Positions 20,260-31,301 are shown, counted from the stretch's first letter. The stretch is 64,000 bases of DNA from Dehalococcoidia bacterium (GCA_009692665.1 SHYT01000002.1:56606-120605), one strand, 5' to 3'. A program made the numbers and translations. The notes: generated from the sequence alone by a model not told the origin.

Positions 20260-21597
20260 CTAGAGGAGCGGCAGGTAATACTTGATCTCGTAGTCTGTTA
20301 CCTGCGACCGGTACCGCTCCCATTCAATTTTCTTGCTCTTCAGCAAGTTCTGGAATGCATGCTCGCCCAGCGCGCTGCGGACGAGCTGGCTGCCTTCCGC
20401 GAGGTCAATTGCCTCGCAAAGGCTGTCCGGCAGGGTACGGATGTTTCGCCTCCGCCGTTCCTCTTCACTCATGAGGGCGACGTTCTCCTCCACAGGGCCA
20501 GGCACCGGCAACTCCCGGACCACACCGTCCAGTCCAGCGGCCAAAAGGGTGGCGAATGCAAGGTACGGATTGCACGCGGGGTCCGGTGCGCGATACTCCA
20601 AGCGCACTGCATCTTCACGACCCGGACGGAAGGCTGGAACACGGATGAGGTCGGAACGGTTCGTACTGGCCCAGGAAACGTAGACTGGCGCCTCATATCC
20701 TGGCACCAGCCGCTTGTAGGAGTTCACCCACTGGTTCGTCACCAGCGTGAGCTCAGGAGCGTGCTGGAGCAACCCGGCAATGAACGAACGGGCCATGCTG
20801 GAAATCTTGAGAGGAGTCTTTGGATCATAGAACAGGTTCTGTTCCCCGCGGAACAGCGAGAGGTTGATGTGCATGCCTGAGCCATTCACTCCGGCGAACG
20901 GCTTGGGCATAAAGGTTGCGTAGTTGCCCTTGCCGGCGGCTATCTCCTTTATCGCAAGACGTGTGGTCATGACGCTGTCCGCCATCGTCAGCGCGTCCGC
21001 GTACTGCAGGTCAATCTCATGCTGCCCCGGCGCGCCCTCATGGTGCGACGAAGTGAGTGGGATACCCATCTCCGCCAAGGTCAGCACCGTCTCGCGGCGC
21101 AGATCAGTAGCGGCATCGGAGGACTGGTCAAAGTAGTCGCCTTGCCCCAGTGGCACGAGAGAACTGGAGTCCTTTAAATAGAAGAACTCAAGTTCGGGGC
21201 CTACGTAATAGGTAAAGCCCATTTTAATGGCTTGTTCCAAGTTCCGCCGCAGGATGTAGCGGGGATCCCCATCAAATGGACGGCCGTCCGGCGTCACCAC
21301 ATCGCAGAAGATGCGTGCCACAGCGTTCTCACGCGGCCGCCATGGAAGGATGCTAAACGTGGTCGGGTCCGGAAGAGCAATCATGTCCGATTCATCTACT
21401 CGTGCAAACCCCTGGATGGACGAGCCATCGAAGGCAATGCCGCGCTCAAGTGCCGTCTGCAACTCTTCGATACCAATGGCAATCCCTTTCAAGTTGCCAA
21501 GGATGTCTGTAAACCAAAGTCGGATGAACCGCACATTCTTCTCTCTGGCGGTGTGCAGAACGTAGTTAATAGCAGATGGGTCGCGCTGCGTTGCCAA
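20260..21597 (-). CDS. glnA: glutamine synthetase, type I
   Basis: 445 aa. VRFIRLWFTDILG, GSGMHINLS, NSYKRLVPGYEAP and RLEYRAPDPACNPYL. TTG start with AAGGA 8 nt upstream. Confidence 0.95.
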   Translation of the reverse strand: MATQRDPSAINYVLHTAREKNVRFIRLWFTDILGNLKGIAIGIEELQTALERGIAFDGSSIQGFARVDESDMIALPDPTTFSILPWRPRENAVARIFCDVVTPDGRPFDGDPRYILRRNLEQAIKMGFTYYVGPELEFFYLKDSSSLVPLGQGDYFDQSSDAATDLRRETVLTLAEMGIPLTSSHHEGAPGQHEIDLQYADALTMADSVMTTRLAIKEIAAGKGNYATFMPKPFAGVNGSGMHINLSLFRGEQNLFYDPKTPLKISSMARSFIAGLLQHAPELTLVTNQWVNSYKRLVPGYEAPVYVSWASTNRSDLIRVPAFRPGREDAVRLEYRAPDPACNPYLAFATLLAAGLDGVVRELPVPGPVEENVALMSEEERRRRNIRTLPDSLCEAIDLAEGSQLVRSALGEHAFQNLLKSKKIEWERYRSQVTDYEIKYYLPLL

Positions 21598-21775
21598 CGT
21601 CTTTTCCTTTACTCTGTTCTAAACGCCCCTCAGGCGCTGGGTGTGGAAAAAGAATTGTAGAAGTTTGCCACAGACTTTAAGATGGCTGAATTGTACGGCG
21701 ATGCTATTGGATTGTAAAGGGTAGATACTTGCTGCGCGACCGGATGACACGGGCTCCCCAGGTTCGACAGGTAAG

Positions 21776-21813
21776 CAAAAAGGGGTGTCAGTTTCGCCTG
21801 CTGGCACCCCTTT
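21776..21813 (-). terminator. rho-independent terminator ending the amt-glnK-microORF transcript
   Basis: The minus strand reads AAAGGGGTGCCAGCAGGCGAAACTGACACCCCTTTTTGC: a GGGGTG/CACCCC stem followed by T5. Confidence 0.65.
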
Positions 21814-21869
21814 AGCTCTTGCCTTGTCGGAAGCTTACGCTGAGTACTGCTTAGCGTGCAGAGGAAACC

Positions 21870-21962
21870 CTACCCCGACATTTTCTTCCGCGTCGGCAAG
21901 ACAGCCCACGTGCCAACCATGACCACAAAACCGACTAATGAGACTACGGTGTCCAATCCCAT
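21870..21962 (-). CDS. 30-aa hydrophobic micro-protein MGLDTVVSLVGFVVMVGTWAVLPTRKKMSG
   Basis: GGAGGTG lies 6-7 nt upstream of the ATG. It has one predicted TM helix and a basic tail. GTTAC repeats lie upstream and a terminator about 55 nt downstream. It sits between glnK and glnA on the same strand. Confidence 0.5.
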   Translation of the reverse strand: MGLDTVVSLVGFVVMVGTWAVLPTRKKMSG

Positions 21963-22019
21963 GACGCCACCTCCGCTCGTTTTGTTGGATTCAGTATCGG
22001 AGGCCCATATGACAAGGGT

Positions 22020-22046
22020 GTTACGCAGATGTTACGGAAATGTTAA
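22020..22046. promoter_or_regulatory. three 11-bp-phased GTTAC/GTTAA direct repeats (GlnR-box-like)
   Basis: GTTAC at 22020, GTTAC at 22031 and GTTAA at 22042, about 60-90 nt upstream of the micro-ORF start. Same pentamer and phase as the array at 23910-23968. Confidence 0.45.
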
Positions 22047-22147
22047 ATCTCACCCGTTTGGGACTCGCCTTAGACATACTTGCCTCGTCACCAGGCACGA
22101 GCACCAGCGACGAGGAAAGGTGTCTAGAATAGGTCTAAAAGGGAACT

Positions 22148-23807
<1,660 letters not shown>

Positions 23808-23909
23808 GGTGCCTCCTTACGTTTGCCTGCTTTCATGCTTCATTCGACAGCGCCGCCCAGCCTGCTAGGTTTCTGCCGTAATGAGCACGATTTAGGCTAG
23901 TGAGGAGGT

Positions 23910-23968
23910 GTTACATAGTCATTACACATATGTTACAGATGTGTTACACGATGGTTACGTATGGTTAC
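23910..23968. promoter_or_regulatory. array of six phased (G/A)TTAC direct repeats upstream of amt (GlnR-box-like operator)
   Basis: Pentamers start at 23910, 23921, 23932, 23943, 23954 and 23964 (spacing 11, 11, 11, 11, 10). The array is flanked by TGAGGAGG at 23901-23908 and 23970-23977. It lies between the response-regulator stop (23986) and the amt start (23807). Confidence 0.6.
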
Positions 23969-23985
23969 GTGAGGAGGCTGGGGAA

Positions 23986-24654
23986 CTAAGCAGCCGGAGC
24001 TTTGAAGCGGTAGCCAACGTTCCAAACTGTCTCAATGAACGAGTGATTGAGATCCCCAATTTTGCTGCGGAGCCGCCGCACATGCACGTCCACCGTACGC
24101 GTGCCACCGAAATAGTCGTAGCCCCACACCTTAGAAAGCAACTCCTCGCGAGAAAAGACACGGCCTGGGTTTGAGGCAAGTAGTTTCAGGAGCTCGTACT
24201 CCTTATAGGTGAGCAGCTTGACGTCACCCGCAACGCGGACCTCGTACTTCTCTTCATCGATGGCGAGGTCGCCAATCTTCAGCACGTGTTCGGAGACCAG
24301 TTCCACACCACGCCCGAGCAGGCGGCGGATCCGAGTAGCGATCTCCAGCGGGCGGACCGGCTCCAGAATGAAGTCGTCGGCACGCTGCAATAGCTTCTGG
24401 TCGCCCAGGTTTTCCGGAGAGAGTAGCATCACTATCGGCACCTGCCAGCCCTGGGACCGCTCGAATGCTGCCTCGACTTGCGCCTGATTCAGCGACGGGA
24501 CATCAACGATGACGAGCCGGGGAGGCTGGTCTGGCGAGTGGGCCAACTTACTCACGTCTTGCACGCACACTGTCTCCAGCCCGGCCTCCGTGAGACTGGC
24601 CAGTACCAGATCGCGTTTGCGTTCCGCGGCGGAGACAAGCACGACGGTAACCAA
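23986..24654 (-). CDS. OmpR/PhoB-family response regulator with atypical receiver domain (orphan, GlnR-like)
   Basis: The C-terminal winged helix is LLTYKEYELLKLLASNPGRVFSREELLSKVWGYDYFGGTRTVDVHVRRLRSKI...VWNVGYRF. The receiver keeps the central Asp (LVIVDV). It has SA in place of the N-terminal acidic DD (VVLVSAAE) and Glu in place of the conserved Lys (DDFILEPV). No kinase gene is adjacent. Confidence 0.85.
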   Translation of the reverse strand: MVTVVLVSAAERKRDLVLASLTEAGLETVCVQDVSKLAHSPDQPPRLVIVDVPSLNQAQVEAAFERSQGWQVPIVMLLSPENLGDQKLLQRADDFILEPVRPLEIATRIRRLLGRGVELVSEHVLKIGDLAIDEEKYEVRVAGDVKLLTYKEYELLKLLASNPGRVFSREELLSKVWGYDYFGGTRTVDVHVRRLRSKIGDLNHSFIETVWNVGYRFKAPAA

Positions 24655-24834
24655 GCGGTTCCTTTTTCATGGGGATACCTGCCAGTATACGAACCGCGCA
24701 CATGACCTTGCAACCCAAGCGGAGAAGCGGTATCACTTCAGAACACGGGCTTTCACGTCCATCACCCGCGCCCAAGCTGTCCTGTTAGAATGGGGGCGGT
24801 TACTACCGAGGAAATGGCTCCCTCTCTTCTCATT

Positions 24835-26013
24835 ATGAGGTACGCTGTGCGGCTGACCCACCTGAACCTTTACCGATATCGCAACTTCCAAGAGCTTGCG
24901 CTTGAGCTGCCAGGCGGCTTGGTCATGTTTCACGGCCACAACGGCGCGGGGAAGAGCAACCTGCTGGAGGCGTGCTACCTTCTGGCCACTACGAAGTCCT
25001 ACCGGGCCAGCAACGAAAAGGAGTTGCTCAACTTTGGCGCCATAACCGCTGGCGAAATCCCGTACTCCCGCGTCAGTGGCACATCACTCACTGTGACTGG
25101 CGTGCAGTCCAAGGTGCAGATTGATCTGCTCTGGAAAGAGCCGCAAGGCGCTGACCCCATTGGCCCAACACTGAGCAAGCGTATCCGCATCAACGGTATG
25201 CCGCGCCGCGCCGCTGACGCGCTGGGCATTGTCAGCGCTGTGCTCTTTACCGCGGAAGACATCAATTTGGTTACTGGTGCACCTTCTGAGCGCCGGCGTT
25301 TCATTGATGTGCTGCTCTGCCAGCTTGACCCCGCTTATCTCCGTGCGCTGCAGCAGTACCAACGCGTCATGGTGCAACGCAATCACCTTCTCCGGCAGAT
25401 TCGCGAAGGCGAGGCCCAGCCGGACGAGTTGCAGTTCTGGAACGCGCAACTCATCAGGCATGGCGCCATCATCATGGCAATGCGGCGTGCCACCCTCCGC
25501 GAGGTGAGCACACTTGCCGACCGCTTCTATGAAGAAGTCGCCAGTGGACGCGAGAAGCTACAAGTGGATTACGTCCCTAGCCTGGAATGCGACAGTGACA
25601 ATGCTGCTGAGCTTGAGGCAGCGCTGTCTGAGCGTTTGGAGGCAGTGCGGCGTCAGGAGATTAGTGCGGGCCTGAGCTTGCTCGGCCCACACCGAGACGA
25701 TGTCAGCCTGCTGGTGGCTGGAAGCGCCGCAGGCCTGTTTGGCTCGCGTGGCCAGTCTCGCAGTGTTGCGCTCGCGTTGCGCCTTGCGGAGTCCCGCATT
25801 ATCGCCAGCGCCCGCGGCGAAGAGCCGATTCTATTGCTTGACGATATGCTTTCCGAACTTGACCCGCCACGCCGCCGCCAGGTGCTGGAAGCTGCGTCGC
25901 GGGCGCAGCAAGCCTTGCTCACTACGGCAGACATGGAAGGCGCTCTGGACCCGCGCGTCCGGTCGGCACCGCGCTACCTGGTTGAGGCCGGCAGCGTCAC
26001 CAAGGAACAGTAG
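24835..26013 (+). CDS. recF: DNA replication and repair protein RecF
   Basis: LTHLNLYRYRNF...FHGHNGAGKSNLLEA (Walker A), the signature LSGGQ-like region LFGSRGQSRSVALALRLAE and LLLDDMLSELD (Walker B). The start is ambiguous: ATG 24790, ATG 24835 or GTG 24847. Confidence 0.9.
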   Translation: MRYAVRLTHLNLYRYRNFQELALELPGGLVMFHGHNGAGKSNLLEACYLLATTKSYRASNEKELLNFGAITAGEIPYSRVSGTSLTVTGVQSKVQIDLLWKEPQGADPIGPTLSKRIRINGMPRRAADALGIVSAVLFTAEDINLVTGAPSERRRFIDVLLCQLDPAYLRALQQYQRVMVQRNHLLRQIREGEAQPDELQFWNAQLIRHGAIIMAMRRATLREVSTLADRFYEEVASGREKLQVDYVPSLECDSDNAAELEAALSERLEAVRRQEISAGLSLLGPHRDDVSLLVAGSAAGLFGSRGQSRSVALALRLAESRIIASARGEEPILLLDDMLSELDPPRRRQVLEAASRAQQALLTTADMEGALDPRVRSAPRYLVEAGSVTKEQ

Positions 26014-26195
26014 CACGGGCCAGGACGTTAGGCCCTATCGATAGAGACGCAGATCCGACGTCGTTTGCACAGCACACCAAGCGCCATGGGCATCCGATGG
26101 CAATGAGCGCTAGTGCGATACACTGTGGTGTCCGATTGCTTCGCTGCCACTAATAGCTGTGCGTTCTAGTCAGTCTTTCTAACAGGAAAGCCAAT

Positions 26196-27515
26196 ATGAT
26201 ACGAGTCTCTATCAACGGCCGCCGCCACAGCATTTTCTACGGATGGGTCATCGTACTTTCGGGATTCTTAAATCAACTGCTCAACGCTGGCCTGGGATTT
26301 CAAGGATTTGGCACCTACCTCATTCCGCTCCAACATGAGTTCGGCTGGAGCAAGGCTTCGCTAGCTGGTGCCCGGTCGCTGATGCAATTCGAGAACGGCT
26401 TGCTGGGACCCCTCGAGGGGTTTCTAGTCGACCGGTTCGGGCCTCGGCGCATCATGGCCATCGGCATGTTGATCTTCGGTCTGGGCCTCTTTCTATTTGG
26501 TTTCATCGATTCACTTCTTACGTACTACGGGGTGTTTCTGATTGTGGCGCTGGGCAATGGCTTGGGCGGTTTCCTCGTCATGACAGTGGCCATTAACAGC
26601 TGGTTCCGCCGAAACCGCACAACGGCGATGGCTATCGCTGGGGTAGGCTTGGGCGTAGGCGGCATCGTGGTTATTCCATTGCTGGTGTGGACTCAGACAA
26701 CGTTTGGATGGCGCACCGCCGCCATGGCCTCGGGCATCGCGATATGGCTCATTGGCATCCCCGCGGCCTTACTCATGCGCGGATCGCCTGAGAGGTATGG
26801 CGCCTATCAAGACGGTGATTCCACGCCTCCATCGGGCGTCATTTCGCGTGATCGCCATACGGCAAATGTCCATGTGCCTGCCGGAACAGTCGACTTTACT
26901 TTGAAGGAAGCCATACGTACTCCTACGTTCTGGTTCCTAGGTCTTGGGCAGGGCACCGCGGTGATGGTCGTATCTGCAGCCACCACGCATCAATTCGCCC
27001 ACATGGAGGAGGGGATCGGGCTTTCGCGTGGTTCTGCCGCTGCGGTCATTACCGTAATGAGCGCACTCAACATTGGAGGCCGGCTTCTGGGGGGCTATCT
27101 GGGCGACCGGCTAGACAAGCGCTACCTTGCTGCCATCGGCATGGTTGGCACCGCCGCTGCGCTCATTATCCTAGCGCTGGCAACGTCATTGTGGTCTGCA
27201 ATGCTGTTTGGCGTTCTGTACGGTTTCTTTTGGGGCATGCGAGGGCCAATGGGGGATTCGCTACGCGGTCAGTATTTTGGCCGTGCAGCGTTCGGAAAGA
27301 TTTCCGGCATGACTGCCGTGTTGAGCGCGCCTGGGTCCATTTTTGGCCCTATCTTTGCCGGAGTCATGGCCGATATCCAGGGCAGCTACATAACAGGTTT
27401 CATAGTACTCGCCTGTCTGAGTGCGATGGGATGCGTATTCTTCTTGTTGGCCCGCCCTCCAGATCCTCTCGCTCGGCTACGTATTGCTGTTCCAAGCCCG
27501 AAAGCCCAAGCTTAG
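26196..27515 (+). CDS. MFS transporter (oxalate/formate antiporter-like)
   Basis: 439 aa, 12 hydrophobic segments, G..VDRFGPRR motif in loop 2-3. Confidence 0.8.
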   Translation: MIRVSINGRRHSIFYGWVIVLSGFLNQLLNAGLGFQGFGTYLIPLQHEFGWSKASLAGARSLMQFENGLLGPLEGFLVDRFGPRRIMAIGMLIFGLGLFLFGFIDSLLTYYGVFLIVALGNGLGGFLVMTVAINSWFRRNRTTAMAIAGVGLGVGGIVVIPLLVWTQTTFGWRTAAMASGIAIWLIGIPAALLMRGSPERYGAYQDGDSTPPSGVISRDRHTANVHVPAGTVDFTLKEAIRTPTFWFLGLGQGTAVMVVSAATTHQFAHMEEGIGLSRGSAAAVITVMSALNIGGRLLGGYLGDRLDKRYLAAIGMVGTAAALIILALATSLWSAMLFGVLYGFFWGMRGPMGDSLRGQYFGRAAFGKISGMTAVLSAPGSIFGPIFAGVMADIQGSYITGFIVLACLSAMGCVFFLLARPPDPLARLRIAVPSPKAQA

Positions 27516-27694
27516 TATTCGCTCGTCCGTTGCCTGTGAATGGGCCTCCTGTATCAAGCGCTTTCCAGCGCTCACCCTTGGGGATTGTTGATATCGTTGC
27601 CCAGCGGACTATACGGACGCCGGAAAACAAGGACTAGTGGGTGCACACGCTTCTGCCGTATGCGGATTGACCGCCTGAAGAACACGATGGTACG

Positions 27695-28720
27695 GTGATA
27701 TCCACGTCCTGCCTGGAGGCCTTCTTGTCCGCTCTTGACCAGTGGGTGACACAAATGCGCGCCGGCGACCGGCGCGCATTGGCCCGGCTGCTCACCATCG
27801 TTGAGCGTGGCGGCCCGAATGCCGCAGCGGTGCTCGCGGCCACCCATCAATACACCGGCAGGGCCTATGTTATAGGTATCACCGGCCCGCCAGGCGCCGG
27901 TAAGTCCACCACCGTTGACCGGCTGGCGGCTCTCTACCGCGCTGCCGGGAAAGAAGTCGGCATTCTTGCCGTTGACCCGACCAGCCCCTTTACGGGCGGC
28001 GCGTTCTTGGGCGACCGCATCCGCATGCAGGACCACTACCTTGATAAGGGAGTCTTCATTCGGAGCATGGCCACCCGCGGCGGCACTGGCGGCCTACCGC
28101 GTATGGTGAAGGCTTCGCTGCGCGTGCTAGACGCCTCAAACAAAGACATCATCATCGTGGAAACCGTCGGCGTTGGACAGACCGAAGTGGACGTTATGCG
28201 CGTCGTTGATTCGGTCGTTGTCGTACTAGTGCCGGAAGCCGGCGACGCCATCCAGACACAAAAGGCTGGCCTCCTGGAAATCGCCGACATCTTCGCCGTC
28301 AACAAGGCGGACCGGCCTGGTGCAGGCCGACTCATCACGGAGCTGGAAGCGATGCTGAACCTTGCGGACACCATGCCCTGGTGGCGCCCTCCCACCCTGG
28401 AGTTGCAGGCGAGCAACAACGTGGGGGTGGACAAGCTGTACGGTCTCATTGAGGAGCACCACGCAGCGCTGGAGAGCAGCGGCAACCTGGCCAAGAAGCG
28501 GCAGGAACGCCAGCGGCAGGAGTTCTTTTCCACGCTGGAGGAGGAAGCCGGCACTCTCCTTAAGCGCCTTGCCGATCGCCAGGGCTCCCTGGCCACCGTT
28601 CTGAGCAGAGTTGAGAGCGGCAAGGAGGACCCGTTCGTTGCTGCTATGCAGGTGATCAACAACGGCGCCTTCCTCCGCGAATGGCTCGCTACGATTGAGC
28701 AGCCTGCGGACTCGCCCTAA
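27695..28720 (+). CDS. meaB: methylmalonyl-CoA mutase-associated G3E GTPase MeaB/ArgK
   Basis: RALARLLTIVE, GITGPPGAGKSTTVDRL, AVDPTSPFTGGAFLGDRIRM, ETVGVGQ and VNKADR. No mutase gene is adjacent. Confidence 0.88.
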   Translation: MISTSCLEAFLSALDQWVTQMRAGDRRALARLLTIVERGGPNAAAVLAATHQYTGRAYVIGITGPPGAGKSTTVDRLAALYRAAGKEVGILAVDPTSPFTGGAFLGDRIRMQDHYLDKGVFIRSMATRGGTGGLPRMVKASLRVLDASNKDIIIVETVGVGQTEVDVMRVVDSVVVVLVPEAGDAIQTQKAGLLEIADIFAVNKADRPGAGRLITELEAMLNLADTMPWWRPPTLELQASNNVGVDKLYGLIEEHHAALESSGNLAKKRQERQRQEFFSTLEEEAGTLLKRLADRQGSLATVLSRVESGKEDPFVAAMQVINNGAFLREWLATIEQPADSP

Positions 28721-28800
28721 CCTATCCAGTATCCGGAAGCAGGGTTCAAGTGTCACAGTAGCCGGTGGATCCAAGAGGCGGTGCCGGACGCGTGCCTTGC

Positions 28801-28830
28801 TTGACACTTTAAAGAGCCACATGGTAGCGT
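28801..28830 (+). promoter_or_regulatory. putative promoter TTGACA-18-TAGCGT upstream of otsA
   Basis: A perfect -35 and a TAnnGT-type -10, 60 nt before the ATG. Confidence 0.4.
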
Positions 28831-28889
28831 GTTGCGAATAGGGAGCGCCGCGGCCTGTAGAAAGACGCGTATCCGCCAGAAGGTCGGCA

Positions 28890-30437
28890 ATGGCACATTC
28901 TGCTGAGGCACAACGTCGTGCCGATGAGGCATTAGCCCTCTGCAAAGAGGTCCTTGCCGAACATCCCCTCATCGTCGTCAGTAACCGTGGGCCTGTGGAA
29001 TACCAGTCCATTCCCACGGGTGGCGCTCCGCAGCCAAGGCGTCGCAGCGGCACCGTTACCACCGCTCTCAATGCTCTTCTTGCTACCACTGACTTCTCAT
29101 GGGTTGCCAGCGCTATGGGTGAGGGCGACCGCCGCATGGCGGAGCAGGCGAACGGCCCCAGCATCAAGCCCGCTATACCTAACTGCCACATCAACATCCG
29201 CTTCGTCATCACCCCGCGCCGGGCCTACCACAAGTTCTATAACATCTTCTGCAACCCGCTGCTGTGGTTCTTGCAACACTACATGTGGAGTTCCCCGTAC
29301 ACGCCGAATATCGACGCGTCTGTCTATGATGCATGGGACACCGGGTACGTTGTGGTGAACCAGAGCTTCGCTGATGGCGTAGTGGCACAGGCCAAGGAGC
29401 TGTCAGGCTCGCCACTTGTGATGCTCCACGACTACCACTTGTACCTGGTGCCTGAAATGGTGCGCAGCCGCCTGCCGGGCGCGTTGCTGCACTACTTGGT
29501 GCACATCCCGTGGCCTACACCGCACCTCTGGCAACTGCTGCCCGCGCACATGCGCAACGCCATCTTCCGCGGCCTTGCCGCCTGCGACGTTGTGGGGTTC
29601 CAGTCAAGCATGGACGCCCACAACTTCCTTGAATGCTGCCGCTGGGCGCTGCCTGACGTTGAGGTAGACTTCGCACACAATACGGTGAGACAGGGTACCC
29701 ACACCACGTTGGTGCGCTCATACCCGCTCACCATCGACATGGAGGAAATCCGGCAAATTGCGGACTCCCCCTGGGCGGTAGAGCACGAACGCCGCCTGGC
29801 CCCTATCTGCACAGAGAAGACCATCGTCCGCGTGGACCGCGCGGAGCCGAACAAGAACGTGGTGCGGGGCTTCCGAGCATACCAACTCATGCTGGAACGG
29901 CACCCCGAGCTGCACGGCAAGGTGAAGTTTCTCGCCTTCCTGGTGCCGTCACGCACGCACATCAAGCAGTATGAGCGCTACCTCCAGGAAATCGACGAGG
30001 TGGTGCGTGACATTAATAAGACGCTGGGCAAGCCCGACTGGCAGCCCATCTATGTCTCATACGAGAACAATTACGTTCAGGCGCTAGCCGGTCTCCGGCT
30101 GGCAGATGCCCTGCTGGTCAACCCCGTGAACGACGGCGCGAACCTGGTGGCCAAGGAAGGGCCCGTAGTGAACACCAAGAGAATGGTGCTCATCCTCTCA
30201 GAAGGTTCCGCCGCGTACGACCAGCTTAGCGAGTCAGCGCTTGGCGTTTCACCCGCGGACATTGAAGGCACCAGCCAGGCGCTCTACAAAGCGGTTACGA
30301 TGCCGCAAGACGAGCGTGATCGTCGCTTCAATACGCTGCTGGCAAAGATTGAGCAGGAAGATTCCTCCTGGTGGCTGCAAACGCAGTTTGAGGAAATCCG
30401 CTCACTGCTGCCTTCTAAGAAGCCTGTCCAACATTAG
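28890..30437 (+). CDS. otsA: GT20-family alpha,alpha-trehalose-phosphate synthase-like glycosyltransferase
   Basis: 515 aa. LIVVSNRGPVEY, FCNPLLWFLQHYMW, HDYHLYLVP, VDRAEPNKN and NPVNDGANLVAKEG are GT20 blocks. No phosphatase gene is adjacent, so the acceptor specificity is not certain. Confidence 0.8.
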   Translation: MAHSAEAQRRADEALALCKEVLAEHPLIVVSNRGPVEYQSIPTGGAPQPRRRSGTVTTALNALLATTDFSWVASAMGEGDRRMAEQANGPSIKPAIPNCHINIRFVITPRRAYHKFYNIFCNPLLWFLQHYMWSSPYTPNIDASVYDAWDTGYVVVNQSFADGVVAQAKELSGSPLVMLHDYHLYLVPEMVRSRLPGALLHYLVHIPWPTPHLWQLLPAHMRNAIFRGLAACDVVGFQSSMDAHNFLECCRWALPDVEVDFAHNTVRQGTHTTLVRSYPLTIDMEEIRQIADSPWAVEHERRLAPICTEKTIVRVDRAEPNKNVVRGFRAYQLMLERHPELHGKVKFLAFLVPSRTHIKQYERYLQEIDEVVRDINKTLGKPDWQPIYVSYENNYVQALAGLRLADALLVNPVNDGANLVAKEGPVVNTKRMVLILSEGSAAYDQLSESALGVSPADIEGTSQALYKAVTMPQDERDRRFNTLLAKIEQEDSSWWLQTQFEEIRSLLPSKKPVQH

Positions 30438-30450
30438 AGCTATCGGAAAA

Positions 30451-30479
30451 GGGTAGTGGTTCGAATTGACCCACTACCC
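30451..30479. repeat. hairpin GGGTAGTGG-ttcgAATTGA-CCCACTACCC, related to the element at 47176-47358
   Basis: A 9-bp perfect stem. The loop plus 3-prime arm AATTGACCCACTACCCG recurs as AATTGACCCACTATCCG at 47343-47359, where a GGTAGTGG partner lies at 47176-47183. Confidence 0.4.
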
Positions 30480-30485
30480 GAAAAA

Positions 30486-30523
30486 CGAAAAGAGGCGGGC
30501 TTTACCAGCCCGCCTCTTTTCGT
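30486..30523. terminator. bidirectional rho-independent terminator between otsA and aqpZ
   Basis: CGAAAAGAGGCGGGC tttaccag CCCGCCTCTTTTCG, with an A-run upstream and a T-run downstream. Confidence 0.8.
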
Positions 30524-30541
30524 TCAGGACAAAGACTCTTG

Positions 30542-31258
30542 CTAGTCCTTGCGGTTCATGAAGACGCATTGGTACAGGAGGCCGCCTATGGCGCCTCCGA
30601 CGAGAGGGCCGACGAGGTAAATCCAGAAGTTGCCGAACGTCCCGCTCATCAGCGCCGGCCCAAAGCTCCGCGCCGGGTTCACTGACGCACCCGTCAGGGG
30701 AACTGCGAAGAGGTGGATGAGCATCACTGTGAAACCAATGGCAATAGGGGCTATGATGTTCGGCCCCTTCTTATCCACCGCAGCACCAAAGATGACCAGC
30801 ACCAGCGCCATCGTGAGCACAATCTCGGTCAGCAGGCCTGCGCCCACAGACACGCCGTTGCCGAGCCCATGCGATCCCAAGTTGCCGGCAATGGCTGCAG
30901 GAACCACCAGCTTAATGATGAGTGCGCCAATAGCAGCACCCACAAGCTGTGCAACGATATAGGAAACGCCTCTGCGCAAGCCGATCTTCCCGGTGAGAAA
31001 CACGGCAAAGGTGACCGCTGGGTTGAGATGCCCGCCAGAGATACTTGCTGTCATGGACACCATCGTCAAGATGCCCAGACCATGTGCAACAGCAATGGCC
31101 ACCAGTCTAGCTGGATCAAGTGCTCCGCCGTTCAAAGAGCCGGAAACCACTACTGTGCCCGCGCCCATGAGGACGAAGAGCATGGTGCCCACACCCTCAG
31201 CCAGTGCAGCCTTGATATCGACCTTGGTAGGTACCTCAGTCCTTAGCTGTCTTGCCAT
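30542..31258 (-). CDS. aqpZ: aquaporin (MIP family water channel)
   Basis: 238 aa with two NPA boxes (GGHLNPAVT, SVNPARSFG) and a His in helix 5 (MLIHLFAVP), consistent with a water-selective filter. Confidence 0.88.
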   Translation of the reverse strand: MARQLRTEVPTKVDIKAALAEGVGTMLFVLMGAGTVVVSGSLNGGALDPARLVAIAVAHGLGILTMVSMTASISGGHLNPAVTFAVFLTGKIGLRRGVSYIVAQLVGAAIGALIIKLVVPAAIAGNLGSHGLGNGVSVGAGLLTEIVLTMALVLVIFGAAVDKKGPNIIAPIAIGFTVMLIHLFAVPLTGASVNPARSFGPALMSGTFGNFWIYLVGPLVGGAIGGLLYQCVFMNRKD

Positions 31259-31301
31259 ACACTGCCCTCCTTATAGCATTCGTTGGGGGTCGCGCAGGTT
31301 A

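Noticed and set aside
21654-21716. Three ATTGTA hexamers (21654, 21690, 21711; TACAAT on the glnA strand) upstream of glnA as regulator boxes.
   Set aside because: Their spacing (36 and 21 bp) is irregular and the motif differs from the GTTAC repeats. They are more simply read as alternative -10-like hexamers, and the evidence is insufficient for an operator call.
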